A stretch of 63,076 nt of DNA, the filler included, from Sphacelaria rigidula (Eukaryota), in NCBI GenBank assembly GCA_964200075.2. It is 4 parts of 4 records of this genome, joined end to end, with 100 filler letters (N's around TTAATTAATTAA, not from the genome) between each part and the next. Parts side by side here need not be neighbours in the genome. Positions count along the whole stretch, not along the records: positions 31,592 to 47,285 come from CAXNAA020001642.1; positions 47,386 to 63,076 come from CAXNAA020001644.1; 2 more parts are not named here. One strand, written 5' to 3'. The notes under the pieces were generated by a model, which saw nothing but the letters and a program-made list of their open reading frames with translations, did no database searches and had not been told where the DNA came from. This document shows, piece after piece, positions 37,773-50,812 of this stretch. Made by a program: the position numbers and the translations under genes. The stretch's first letter is position 1. Each line of letters opens with the position of its first letter.

Positions 37773-40700
37773 GTTTGAAATGACTGTGCTGGATTGACCG
37801 TAGCTCTCAACATGTCAGCGGAGTGATTGACCACGACAGCAGGAGTAGAGAACAGTCTTCCACATTCAGTACAACAGTGCAATCGAGGATCCAAGTGCCG
37901 AGTAATACTCTTGGGTATTTTCCTGTGATTCTCCGGTGAAAGTTTTGCAGTTCGATTTCGAGGAGATCATATTCACCCCTGGCTAAGGCTTTACAGATTC
38001 GCGAATATTGCAGCTTCAGGAAGCGAACTATACACCCACATTTTTGACTGCAGTATGTATGGCGGATGAATAGATTTCCGTCGCAATTTTGAATTTTGAA
38101 TGTTGATTGTTGAATGTTCCGAGTTTCTGTTAACCCTTGGACAGCGAGCGTCGCCTCAGAACAACTTCATCGGCTGACAGTCCAGGGACATCCGAGGGTT
38201 TCCAGGGGGGGGGGGGCGGNNNNNNNNNNTCCACCGCTCCGCGCGGGCCGCGTGGGGTCTACGGCCGCGGCGGCGGCGGGGGGGGGGGGGGGGGGGGGGC
38301 TTGATTTTTTACGGAGAGGTGGGGTCTTTTCGCAGAACAGCCGAAAAGCTTACCGGGTCAACCCATGTATGTTTGGAATTTTCCCACGGAAACGTCTAAG
38401 TCGCTATAGTCAAGAAAGAGGCCCGAGAGGAGCGGAGTGACCATCCTGACCAATCACGGCCATCAAAATGGTCACTTTGTTCCCCTACAGGTGGACTACA
38501 GGTGGACTACTTGACTACTTCTCTGCCTAGCCGTATTTTCTCATTATGGTCCTGACAATTCAACCATAGATAACATGAAATCAATATCGTGTTTCTTGTC
38601 TATGCCGCCTGCCTGATCCCTCAAGGGTTGCCCGCATAGCTGCACACTCCCGTGAGTGTTGCTGTTGATTGCTGAGCAGAGACATCAGCAGCGTACAGTA
38701 TACTGTGTTCAGTGGAGAGCGAAGACATAAGGCACGCGTACTGACTCTGCACGCAATTGACTGCAGGGTCGAAGCCGGTCAGGTGTTCTCCTGGGCTCTT
38801 TTCTACGGTATATCGATGCCAACATCCGCGTGTTCATCAAGAAAACGTCTTGTATTGCGAGGCAGGAGCTATCCTTAACCCAAAATATGGCATAGTCCAC
38901 CTCAGTCTACCTGCGGGGGTGTCACTGTCTAAGGGTCAATGCGCCACTGAACGACCGTGGTTGCCAGCATGCCCAACAAACATTATGGGGAGCTGGAAAT
39001 GCCGAGGGGCGGCTGTGTTCGTGGTTCCTCGCTGATTCCTAATACATATCCAATTATGGTCCCGGTGAAATGCTTCGCAACTTGTGTGAACAGCGAACAG
39101 GGTCGGCACTACCATACCCTTGAGCACGTCGCTGACCTGCTGGAGGGTGCGGAGAGAGACTTCGACAGCTTCCGGAATCGGAGAGTGGTGCAGTTAGCGA
39201 TCTTCTTTCACGAGTGAGCTACTGTCCTGTAAGCGGTGTGACTACTGCGCTGTCCTTTAACAGGCCGTCGTCCTGGTGTATACACACCTACTCGAAGCAT
39301 TTTGCGCTGCGAGCACAGACCCTCATTGCAGCTTCAACATGTTGTGGGTGCACAGTTTTGAACTGACGTACTGTTGCCGACGCATTTTTAAAACCCCATC
39401 TTCACGAACGAAAAAAGTGATGATAACATTGTAAGAGATGATGACGAGCAGCCCACGCGTGGCAACCATTTTACGTTCCCTTCCGCATTCCAATCAGATT
39501 GTTCCTCGGTCCTCACACAAATTCCTTATTATTTTCGATTACCTGTTGTAAGGGCGTGTCCTAGCACATTAGTTTTTTATCGAAATCGTGCGGTGGAAAG
39601 CAATCGTCCCGATCTGATAGGTCGTGATTTCAACCGCCGTCGTTAATTTTGAAGATGGTTGAAATCACGACCTATCAGATCGGGATGATTGCTTTCCACC
39701 GCACTTTTTCGATTGGAAAATGATGTGCTAAGGGCCTGTCTTGGGTCAACTCTTATGGGAGCGTTTACAATTTTATTTTGCAATAATTTTAAACGGATTT
39801 TTTTTCCTTTGCCGTGGTTGTGTATTTCGTGCCCGTTCACCATGATGACAGAAAAAAAAAAAAAACTCCTCTGAAATTGTTGCAAAATAAAATTACAAAC
39901 GCTCCCTTAGAAGTTGGCCTTAGCACATAAGTTTTCGATCGAAAAAGTGCGGTGGAAAACAAAAATCCTGATCTGATATAGGTTATGATAGGTCATGATT
40001 TCAAACATCTTCAAAATAAACGACGATGGTTGAAATTACGACCTATCAGACCGGGATTTTTGTTTCCCACCGCACTTTTTCGATCGAAAACCCATGTGCT
40101 AAGACAGGGCCTATGACACGGCCTGAGCATGGGGATGAGAATGCGAAAGGGAACGTAAAATGGTCGCCCCGCGTGGGCTGTCCGACATTCTCATTGCTAT
40201 TTTTTCTTCCGTAAGGTCTCATCTTGACGAGGCAAAACGGGTAAGAATGAAATGATGATGATCGTGATACAACGGTCCACAACTTCATTCTCATGAGAAA
40301 TCGCCCGCTTTTCGCATCAATGGCAAGAATATATATATATATGTACATGTATATGAGCATGCAATTACGGTAACAATACGGGAACAGACCAAGGATTCCG
40401 GACAAGGCGACAGTCACGCGCAAGGTGCATGGGTGTTGTCGTACGGTCGATTCGCGTACCGTCTCTCGCATGGAGAAACGCAGCAGTAGTAGCAGTAGCA
40501 GCAGCAGCGAGAGCAATCGTATTGGCACCGGCTGATTCAGTCACACCCCCAGCCGTAAACAGCTGCTGGTAGCGATGCTGCTGCTGCTACTGCTGCTGCT
40601 GCTACTGCTCTTCTTCGCGCGAGAGGCGGTGCGCGTTTCGACCGTGCGACAACGCCCATGCACCTTGCGCGTGATTGTCCTCCCGCTGAGACTCCCTGGT

Positions 40701-43700
40701 CCGCACTACCTGCCGATGGGTTCATGCTTGCTCACTCGGCAAAGTGCTGGGATAATGAAGTTTTACGCGTCTCTCCTCGGGAGCTATGCACGTCGGGTGT
40801 ATGTTCCACGCGTGGTTACTACTGATGATGGAAAAGCCAGCTGTGCACCCCACGAAGAGCCGAATAGCTCACTCGTGGCCACCACTTTGCGTCTCTTCCG
40901 CATTCTCATCGAATTGTTCCTCCGCTTCCATTTTTTTTTTCAATTCCAAAACGATTTTTTTTTTTTTTAGATTTATTTCGGGGGCGATCAGCCCGGGGCA
41001 TACAGCCCTCAACCAATCGGAAGGACCAAAAAAAAAAACGCCAAACATCATTCTCACTTTCACCATGGGTTCTTACTTTTTTCGTCTCGTTGAGATGGGA
41101 TAGCATGATTCACACTGCAAATCCCATGTCGTCGCTGAGCTCGCTAGAGTTCAGGAACACGTGTCCCTTCTTTCTGATGCTCACTCAATCTGCTACAACC
41201 TGCTTCCATGTTTTCACCTATCGTGTTTCCACACCTCTATACGAGTATGACGTTGTGGAATAAAGCGATATCGAAGAACAGAGTTGGTTGGAAACGCTTT
41301 GCAGAACGGCGTCTACATATCAATCACCTTGTACACAAGCGGAGCTCATCCTGAAACCTTCTGCAATTTTTTCAAAACCGCATCAAGTTCATTTCCCAGA
41401 GAAGGATGCTTGGTACGCTGTGCTACAGCGGCGGACCCGGGTTAAGGCGACATGGTCACCAGCCGAAAATGCCCGCCTATTTATTGTCCCGCCTTGGCGC
41501 GGGTTCAGGCGCGCACCACCTTACTGCGGGTTTCGATAAACTGGATGGTACTATACTGTACTGTCGGGAGGCGAAGTGGGGGGTGGCGGCAAAATAAACA
41601 GAAAATAACGCGTCACTGTTGACAGGGGTCCGTGAAAAACCCAGCTTGTTGGCAGGGAACAAGACAGGTGATGATAGACAACAGCAAAACCCGCCTTCTT
41701 GGGGACGGTTTTGTGACATGCCGAAAACACCCGCCATATTGGTAATTCTGCCTTATTAGGTGCCATGCCGCCTCAACATGGGTCCACCACTGTACCGCAA
41801 TATTTTAGCCTCACCGATGACACTCCCACCCGAGATACCAGTATTCGTGCCGCTGGAACACCAGGTTTCCATAACACTTGTGCTTTCCAAAGCGTCTGGC
41901 CGCCCGGTGCCCAGGGACTCAAGCCTTGACATCCCCGCAGACCTGTTGGATTATTGGGTGAACAAGGCAGATAGTTTTGACGAGGCTTAACTGGCCGACT
42001 GCCACGGCTATCGATTGCGTCCGTGCGGCATGCTTAACCCCGTCGGGCGGTGTTCATTGCGCACTGTTTGTTTTGGCAATTCCTCCGATGATTTTCCTCC
42101 ACAATCGCGAAAGCCGCCCGTGATGAGTTTTTTTATCGCTACTATGTTCGATTTCCGCTGACTTTTGCTGAACTTTTGTCAACACAACCTCAAAATTTGA
42201 CAGACAGAGCAATGCTTGTAACTTGAAAAGGGGAGTGAGAGCACTGTCAGTCAGAACGGGCTGGAGTAGTTGGCGTTGATAGATAGCCTTCAACAATTGA
42301 AATCTTGACGTCTTGTAATACGCTGGTGCTACTCCCATGCTCGTGCTCTCGAAAACGTTTTTTTTTTTCCTGAACGCTAGTCTAGTTTACGATCCAAAGA
42401 GCGGGACCAACGAGGAGGCCAGCGAGGCTTTGTTTCGAAAATTCGCAGAGGAGGTCGGGCTGGGAGAATCAGATACGACCACCGTATCAGCCTACATCCT
42501 TGCCACAAAGCAGCACAATGTCTCGGAATCGGACGACCCAGACTTGCGTGCGTTTATCGACCTGGACATGGCGGTAGTCGGAAGGGAACGAAGTACCTAC
42601 TTGGAGTACGCCATGCAGGTATGAACAGACCCGTGAAGACGGATTATTTAATCACAGATAGACGGTGGCGTTTTGTCAAGGTGGTCTCATCGGACCCACT
42701 GTGGTTGATCTCGTCACATCCAAATGACGTTGTCAGGTCCAACACATGTCTGGGTAAGTCGGCAGGTGAGAACCCATCTGCGAGCTCGTCTAGTGTGGGC
42801 TCTGCCTAACTGTGGATAACCGTAGGCCCCCACCAACCGACAGTAGTCTTGGCTTGTTGAGCTGTGTTTTCAAGTGTTCGCCGTTCGGTGATGCTCCGCA
42901 AGAGATTACATTTAAGGGAAAGGTGAGTCTGTAGTCACCACGCGGATGTGCCGCAGCCTTCCCGTCGCACGAAAATCACAAGATAGGTCAGGTCGAAATA
43001 CTCGCAACGGGCGTTGAATTTGAAGAGCAGAGGGGGGGGGGGAGAGATGTTCACTGCACGGGGGGCTATCCTCGGGCACGGCGGATGCACGTCATGTAGA
43101 AGACAACTTCAAGAATACACTACACCACATTATTGCACGATGATGATGCTGTGCAGTCAACTGACGTCTCTGGGAGCTTAGCGGTGCTCAGCCCATGTCT
43201 CAGCGGGTGTGCTCCCAACAATACAGGTTCTCTAGCATCACTAGAATACCGTAAGAAAAAGCTCTCAGGACAGACCGCGCCGCGTTCTTGCGGCACGAAT
43301 TGTCGTGTAGTTAACTGGAGGACCTCCTCGGAAATTCAAAACTGGACGGTGCTCAGTTTGTTTGGTAGTTGGCGCGTTTCTCATGTTTCTAATACTACCA
43401 ACCCTGTAACGTAGACGAGTCCGACGCAGGATCTCGTGCTTGTTACACATGAGCGTCATGGGTACAGCACAGTAGAAGTTCCTCGTTAAAGCTACACGGT
43501 AGCAACTGTCCCACTCTTGCCCTGTAGCAGGGTATTGCGCGGGACTCATGTGCACGTTGTGTAAAGCTAATGAGTACCTGCGTTTGTGAGGCGCTGAATT
43601 GCCTGTTCGGGCCCCGACGGCTAGTGAGGCGGGAGGGCGCACCGACATAGGCTGTGCTCTGCTGATCGTTCATCAGCAAGTTGCTGCGTTGCTTCCTATG

Positions 43701-44914
43701 CACAGTTTTTGGCAGAAAAGGATTTCGATTCGGGCTGTAGCAGCTGTCTCTCCAGCCCCGTGTCCCTCTCGCCGCGGGGCACTGCAGTGCACTGTGCTGT
43801 ACGCGTAGTAGGAGCCGATGTATGTACAAGTACGTTCCGAGTAACCCTTCTCCGTGAGCTGATGTACTGTACTGTACTGTGCGGTCCGCCTGCCAGGGGC
43901 GAGGGGGGGAGGGAGGGGGGACGCGTACTAATTTGCTGCTTGCCCTAGTCCTTTGACCATTGACCACGCCCCCCTTTCGAGAAGGAGCAGGACGAGGAGT
44001 GGGGCGTGATCGGGAATGCTGCACTACAATAATTGTATTCTACCGGTATGGAGGTTGGGGTGCATGGCAGGTTGTACTACGCGCGCGGGCATGGCTCACT
44101 CCAGTAGACAGCGCCATTCTCGCTGGCAGCACCCGTCATGAACTTGATACAGCTTTCCAAGAAGGTCGTGCAGGGCGAGGTTTCGTCCGCGCTGCTGCTC
44201 TCCTCATTGGGACGAGGATTTGGTATATGTCCGAGGCTTGCGCCGAGGGTACGAGAATCCGATGCAGCAAAACGTTAGAACACGTGGATACAGCACCAAG
44301 TAATGGCGACAAGCAAGCAAGACCGCAAGCATGCAGAATAGCGGGTTCAAAGCAGAATCAATGTGTCGAGCCACATGAATTTTCCAGTCGAGACATGGTT
44401 CGTCGGGCCTGGAGTGTATATGCTGAGGACTGTCAGTGGGCAGTGCAACTGCTTTCCAGCATATTCCAAAGCCTGAGCTTTTTCACCAGCGCAAGTTTGC
44501 CAATTTTGTTGCCCCGACGCGAACGTTTGCAAATACAGCTGCAACTCATCTCATCTTGTCTTTCCGACACACGGGGATCACTCATTTGACCGCACCCTGC
44601 CTGCACTCTCGCACATTCCGACAACCACTGGTCTTGAACCCATCGCGAACGTTCATCACTTGTCGCAGATCCGCCGAGAATACATTCACGTACCAACCGA
44701 GACCTTCTGTCGAAAACGAGCCGAAATCCTTCGCACATTTCTCGCTGCGGGAAGCATTTACGTCACAGACCAGTATCGGCGAGACCGAGAAGCTGTGGCG
44801 CGTGCCAATATCGAAGCGGAGATCGAGCTGCTGGACAAGGGTGACTGGGCAGCGCTTGGAGAGGCTGCTGTTGGAATTTATTCGGATGCAACACCGCCAT
44901 TACTGACAACGTGA
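37657..44914 (+). CDS. HD-superfamily predicted metal-dependent phosphohydrolase (COG4339-type), 239 aa, 4 exons
   Basis: join(37657-37772,39094-39213,42381-42618,44669-44914) = 720 bp, all GT-AG with consistent phases (2,2,0). Motifs YSE..RHYHTLEH, LAIFFHD.VYDP, NEEAS, ILATK.H, FIDLDMA, Y..QIRREY, R..IL..FL, AR.NI..E. An AG acceptor at 37611-37612 suggests a further upstream exon. Confidence 0.92.
38220..38229. other. Short assembly gap (10 N)
   Basis: N run between G-rich low-quality sequence. Confidence 0.9.
39094..39213 (+). CDS. HD phosphohydrolase exon 2
   Basis: cag|C EQGRHYHTLEHVADLL...QLAIFFH GA|gtgag. Confidence 0.92.
39552..40111. mobile_element. Compound Tourist-like foldback element with nested hairpins
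   Basis: TAA|GGGCGTGTCCTAGCACAT ... ATGTGCTAAGACAGGGCC|TAT. Each arm is itself a palindrome; the central segment is a third palindrome. Confidence 0.8.
40408..40680. repeat. Inverted repeat with CAG/CTG-triplet inner arms
   Basis: GACAGTCACGCGCAAGGTGCATGGG...CAGCAGTAGTAGCAG versus CTGCTGCTACTGCT...CCCATGCACCTTGCGCGTGATTGTC. Confidence 0.8.
42381..42618 (+). CDS. HD phosphohydrolase exon 3
   Basis: tag|T LVYDPKSGTNEEAS...TYLEYAMQ|gtatga. Confidence 0.92.
44669..44914 (+). CDS. HD phosphohydrolase exon 4
   Basis: cag|IRREYIHVP...ARANIEAEIELL...PPLLTT*. Confidence 0.92.
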   Translation: MRREYIHVPTETFCRKRAEILRTFLAAGSIYVTDQYRRDREAVARANIEAEIELLDKGDWAALGEAAVGIYSDATPPLLTT

Positions 44915-47285
44915 CGGCAGTAGGCTTCTCAGTTCGCCAGCGTTGGCGATCTCCCTACTTTCGGTTTCTTGCTCTGGCTGATTGCAGCTCTTCTCTGCGA
45001 CCACCCCCGCTACGTCATGTGGGCAGCAGTGGCAAGATATGTAGACCGAGATTATGTTCTTGTTCGCTAGACAACAGTACTGTATAGTAGGATCAAAGTA
45101 TAGGTGAGCAGGAAATATTTCACGTTTGTGATTTCGAGTTTTGTACCACAGCTTGTCGGTTGAAATACAGGACCGCAGTCGGATACTTGGCTCGCCCCCC
45201 GTTTTTCTTTCATGTCGCAAGGACGGGCTTCTCCTCATGTTGTGAAGACGGAAGCTAAGAGCTTATTGAATGTGAGAAGCGGGGATGTTTAGGTCTCCCT
45301 CGGGCATGCGCTGTTGTCAGGGCGCAAGATGGAGCGGTGTGAAATGCGTAGCGCAGCTGCAGGTTGAGACGCTGTGTTGAAATCAACGCATGTGGTGCCG
45401 TGCTAGCGTCGTCGACGCGGACAATTGACCAGTTCAAATTCATGTATAACATTGATACTTGAGAGCAAGATCCGGTGTCCGCTGAAGTACGCGCGAGGTT
45501 GTCAACCCTTCAAGGTGCTTTAAATCGGCGAAGATGTTGGTCCCGGGTACATGAACAGCTTTCGATGTGCTACTCAACTGGCGTTGGTGAGCCACTCCGA
45601 GAATTTCGACACAAGCTTTTCGACAGTATCGTTGCGCATGCGACAGCAACGCGCGCCGAGTGATGAGGTTTGGTGGCAGCAGCACCAGCAGTAGCAGCGG
45701 TGCAACGCCGTCCAACCAACCACCTATGGCCGCATTCATTAGATTCTTCTGTTTATAACGCAGGACGCGATCAGCACGGTAAACGCCAACTAACAACAAC
45801 TAGCGTTGAAGAAGAGTTGGTCGTCGTCTGGATGATCGTATTCCGATATTTTGGGGGGCTCACGGTGCCAATGGCTTGCCCAGCGTTCGGAGCACGCGTT
45901 TTGGCTCACAATCGGTGCAGCAGACCGAAGGTTGCCTAGGGTACACTGTATGTACCCCCCTTGCCCGAGGGTACTCGGTCTGGCTGGTACTGCGGTATTG
46001 GTTAGGGTTAGCGTTATGGTTTGACAAAAACGAAGTTTTGTCATGGACTCTTTTATATCGCCGGGCTTGCGTAAATCAACCTCCCCGTTTCATTTCAGAT
46101 TCTCAGCTGTGCAAACCCGGTTGTAATTATGCAGAAACGAGTTGCGTTGTATATCCATCCGTCCGTCCGTCCGTCCGCTTAAAAAAACATATTTGCTTCA
46201 GTATTTCGCAAACGTTTTGGGACATCTACACTTGAGACTGCGAGCACGGCGCTCATGCATTGTACTAGTTTAGGGATATACCTGCTAGAAAGCTCGAGAC
46301 CCCTGGAAGCTGGTGACCACGTGTTGCACTGTACTCTGCATGCATACCACAGGCGAGGTCAAAGATCTTTGCCCCACGCACTTTCATCGCGAGACCAGAC
46401 TTGGGAGGATGGCACAAAATATTGGTGGAGAACTCTGTTGGTGAGCTGGTTTGGTTGTATGGACGCTATTATAGTGCCGAAGGGAAACTTGTGGAGTTCA
46501 CAAAAAGAGGAACAGATGTTGCAAAATTGATGGCTCTTTTTTCGGCTATGATTTTTGCTGCTTTTCCTGTTTTTGCCTTCTGCCGGTTTCCAAACTCCAG
46601 CACACCCCGCGGCCCGGACATCCAGCTGTTCGTACCGTTGTTCAGCTTTCTACCGAACATAATGATCCTCTTGGATTTCTCACCAACGGTCAGCTTTGTA
46701 CTTTCCTTTATCCTTTCTCAAGATTTTGATCACGCCTCCCCCCTATGCCGATGAGTGTCCTTCGGCACAAGTTAACGAGAAAAGCTCATGTTATTGGGGG
46801 TATATATATATATGGCAATTCCCTTGTCCGCTTGATAAAAATCTCCATGAGCAGGCTACGGCTAGAGTAACGCGCTCCACGCGGTATTTATGTGTGCCCC
46901 CAGCGCCCTGCCGCTCACAAAATGGTTCGCTACAAAACCATCATAAACAATTGCAAGAGGCGAAGTCGGACGGACGAAGTTCCGTGTGCCCATGCTGCCT
47001 GATGTAACCGCGGGTGAAACAATGACAATGAATACATGTATTCCCGGCAGCACAAGAGTTCGAGTGAAAGTTACGAGAACACTGTAGGTTGCAGCCATGT
47101 GACCACATCCTTATACTTATACTTTTACTTCTTAGTCTTATTATTTCCTCACATTCGAGTGATGCTAGGGTAGGGGTGCAAAAATATTTTCTGAGGTTAT
47201 AATTGTTAGGAGCCCTTTATCTCATGCAAAACACAACCTATGAAAATATGTGAAAGTACGCCGGGATTACTACTCCAATGTGCTG

Positions 47286-47385
47286 NNNNNNNNNNNNNNN
47301 NNNNNNNNNNNNNNNNNNNNNNNNNNNNNTTAATTAATTAANNNNNNNNNNNNNNNNNNNNNNNNNNNNNNNNNNNNNNNNNNNN
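47286..47385. other. Assembly gap with artificial linker
   Basis: N44-TTAATTAATTAA-N44. Confidence 0.97.
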
Positions 47386-50349
47386 CTCCCTCTCGGGCGA
47401 TCAGGCAGAAGAGATCGTGAATTTGTTGATTTTGAGTCGTGATGATTTGTCCTAACCGTGGTAAGTTTGGCCAACCACGGTTTCAGAAACACTTTCGGTG
47501 GTTGATCACCAAATTGTAGTAAAATTCTCGACTAAATGTTACTAATCTGCATAAATGAGCGGACTCATCTTAAGGTGACCAGCAAAAATGCTCTCGGAGT
47601 ACTCCTTGGGTTCTCCTATCCCAACATTTTACCCTCGAAGATTTGAGTAGGGCCACATCGTTAAGTGACCATGCCATGTTGGACCGAATATTTTGATAGA
47701 AAATTGTCACCGGCAACAGAGAATTCGCCACGAAACGATACAGAGTGTGCTTTTCCGATTAAAAGAACTGGGAGTGTAATTCGGGCAGTTTTTTCTCGAT
47801 AACTTTGTCGATCGCAATAGTGGAAAGGATAGTGTCTTGTCGGCGGACGGGGGTGTTATCCCCCGTCATGTATACCAAAATCGTATGTCCCAACCTGTAC
47901 TATGGCCGTGTCTCTCGAGACCAGAAATTTACGTCCCACTATCACTCTGTCGAATCTAATTCAGCCCACAAGGACCACTTCAGGTATCTCGAGAATCCCG
48001 CATACAACAAGGATCCCCTGAAAGCGTCATCTCCTGAAATGATGCGTCATGCACCGAAGAGGAGCGTAGAAGGCATATCAGTAGAAAATTAGTGTGTTCG
48101 ACACCGCCAGACTACAGTATTTTTAGTACGCACCGATACGTCTCTCCAAGTGAAAGGGCCCGCCCCAGAGCCCAGCACTGTCTCAGATCCCCGCCACCAA
48201 GCCGCTTGGCGCAAGGACAGTTGCCAGTAGTGAGGGTAAAGTATCAGGTACTCTAGATCTGGAATGGCACGCGCGTGGATCGCCACAGTACCCAGCCCCA
48301 CAAAATGCGATGCCTTGCCTTCAGTCACATCTGCTCGCAACTGCTGTTCTTCGCACGTCGGAGGCATATGCTTCGGAGGATACAGCAGTATCATGTACAG
48401 CTGTTGAGTGGGATCTTGAGCTGCGCTACTGCACTGGAAGCAAGATAGTCTGAACATGGGATGTGTGGACGAAATATGCAGTGCTTTCTTCCCTTCTCTA
48501 GGCTTTTGTTATCATGCACGCAGCAACCGCACCGTCTAAATTTATCTGCACGTTATCGCAAGAGTGTCATTGCAGCAGTATATGCTGGCCAATGCTACTC
48601 ACGGGGTTGCTGAGCAGTAACTCGAACACACGACCTCAAGAGGAATGTAGGCGCAGCAGCGATTAAACGGGTCACGCAACACGCCGGGTCAGATAGGCCA
48701 AGTGGTCGCGTCCTAGTGTTCACCACCGCCGCAAGCTTTCATGTAGTGTTTTAGTGTATACCACATTGGCCGTCGAAGTTATTGTTCTCAGGGAACTTTA
48801 CAAGAACCTTTGATATAGACGAGATTGAATAGTGTGTGTGTGTGAGGGGGGGGGGAGGGGGGATACAGAGGGTGAGACTCACCGAAGTTCGCGAGAGAGA
48901 CACTCGAATCTCGACGTTTGTCCCCCGGCGCCAGCTGAAGTCGCGCAGTCATCCCGCCGACACTTTACGGTACAGACACTAGCGACTCCCTCTCCCTCTT
49001 TTCGCTTGTTCCACGCGATCACCACCCGGATCCACCTTCTCAATGCAGATCGCGAGCCTAGTAGCTGCTTACAGCTCGCGGCTGTGCTGAGCTCTACAGT
49101 TACGGACACGGAAAGACCTTCCTCGCGGTGCAGTGGCACCCGCAAAACCACGAAACGGCATGAAGGCGAGTCCTCCCTTCATTTTGACTATCGCATCAGC
49201 CCATATAATCAGACCCACGGTGAAAAGATTGGAGATTCCTCTGCAACCACACATGATAAACTCGCCCATCTAGTGGATCGTAAATGCATGCAGAGACAAC
49301 CTGCAAATGACACTCTCCTAGGTTAACAAAACGTACCACCAACATCAAAACTAAGATGGCGAAAAGAGAGCAACGGCGTACACGGACAAAAAGCGAAGGG
49401 GAAATTACTGGAATTTCTGTCTCGCATTTGAATCGCTTGCCATTTTTGATGCATACAGATTTCGGCTTGCAGGTGAAAGGAATGCGGAGGAGTGGAAGGG
49501 GTAAGCTTTGCCCTAGCGGTTTTTATGTTCCCTATTCCCAGCCTCTTGTGGTTCACTTCGTAAAGATGACAACCGAGAGACAACGAGTCCGTGAGAGACT
49601 ATTGGTGTACGGGTCTGAGAATACATAAAGATTCTAAACCGTACCCAACCACACAACAAGCAGACATACCACCCCCGCTCCATGTCAGAGGGAACACAAC
49701 ATGTCCCTTTAAGCCTCATGGGAAAAACTGTATCACGCTGTCGGTGATGAGCGAGTTATTGCACGCCCCATTCGGGTAGGTGACTCCTTCGTCCGTTTCG
49801 TCTTTGATTGTTCCCTCCCTTTCTTGTGCCATTCACGCCAACGACTTTCTCCCGACCGCTATTATGCCGCCGCGGATCCCATCGCTCCGTCGACCACCTG
49901 GTTGTGCCCTTGCATGTTGCTCCTGGCTATTGTTTACCGGTTATCAGCTCTAATCCTGGGCATTCTCAACTCGTGGGTCAGAAATACCCGCCACCGTTAT
50001 TTTTCACACACACCTCCGTCTCGCCCTTCTTCCTCTCGAAGAATCCGCTCATAAGCCTGTTGATTCAGCGTTCGCTGCCACTCGATCACCAACACGTCGT
50101 CTTCATATCCCATGACTATCGCGGTAACAAATGCCGGGCGTGCGCAGTCCATATTCGGTGCACCAACGACCGGCCGCGTGAACAGGAAATTCATGTTTCC
50201 AGCCCTTGATAAGTGAAGCAAACGGAAGATATCCACTTCGCGTTTCCCAAAGCTGGGGTTCTTGGTGAGATCAAGGGTATCACACGACAAACAGTCTGCG
50301 ACACGGTTCGAGCCCCAGATTCACGCTTTTCAAGATACATAGCCAGGTC

Positions 50350-50720
50350 GCCCCGGTGGCTCAGTTGGTAACCTCGAAACCTTCTGACGGTTGGGTCATG
50401 GGTTCAATTCTCGGAGCGATCTGGGATTCTTTCTCACACAGCGCCTAACAGTCGAGAGCGACTATGTCGTGAGTACGAGCATTCAAAGTTCGACTTAACG
50501 GTTCACGAGGAAAAGGGATAGCTAAACCCCTCTCACGATGAAAAATAAGGGCAAGCACCGCAGAAGGAAGGAGGGGTACTAAAAACAAATACTAAAAACA
50601 AATAAAAAAAGGAAAAACCCCTGTGTTGACCTTCCTCCTGTGTGACCCCGGCTGGTGCGCCCACATACCCCAAAAAGTGTAGACCAGCGCCCAGAATAGA
50701 GGAGACGATAATACACACAC
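50350..50720 (+). mobile_element. tRNA-derived SINE
   Basis: Pol III A-box TGGCTCAGTTGG (50357-50368) and B-box GGTTCAATTCT (50401-50411). Body shared with 31665-31910; (AC)n tail. Confidence 0.75.
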
Positions 50721-50812
50721 GTCCGTGTATTATGGTGATGAACGGGTCTGTTGCTCAATATATTCTTGTTTGTGTGTGGGGATTTCACGAACACAATGGT
50801 GAAGGGTCCACA

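Noticed and set aside
43443-44589. 193-aa and 209-aa ORFs in HD-gene intron 3
   Set aside because: Low-information composition, no motifs, and not needed for the spliced frame.
50350-50422. Functional tRNA gene
   Set aside because: A and B boxes are present, but the acceptor and anticodon stems do not pair convincingly and the sequence runs into a repeated SINE body.
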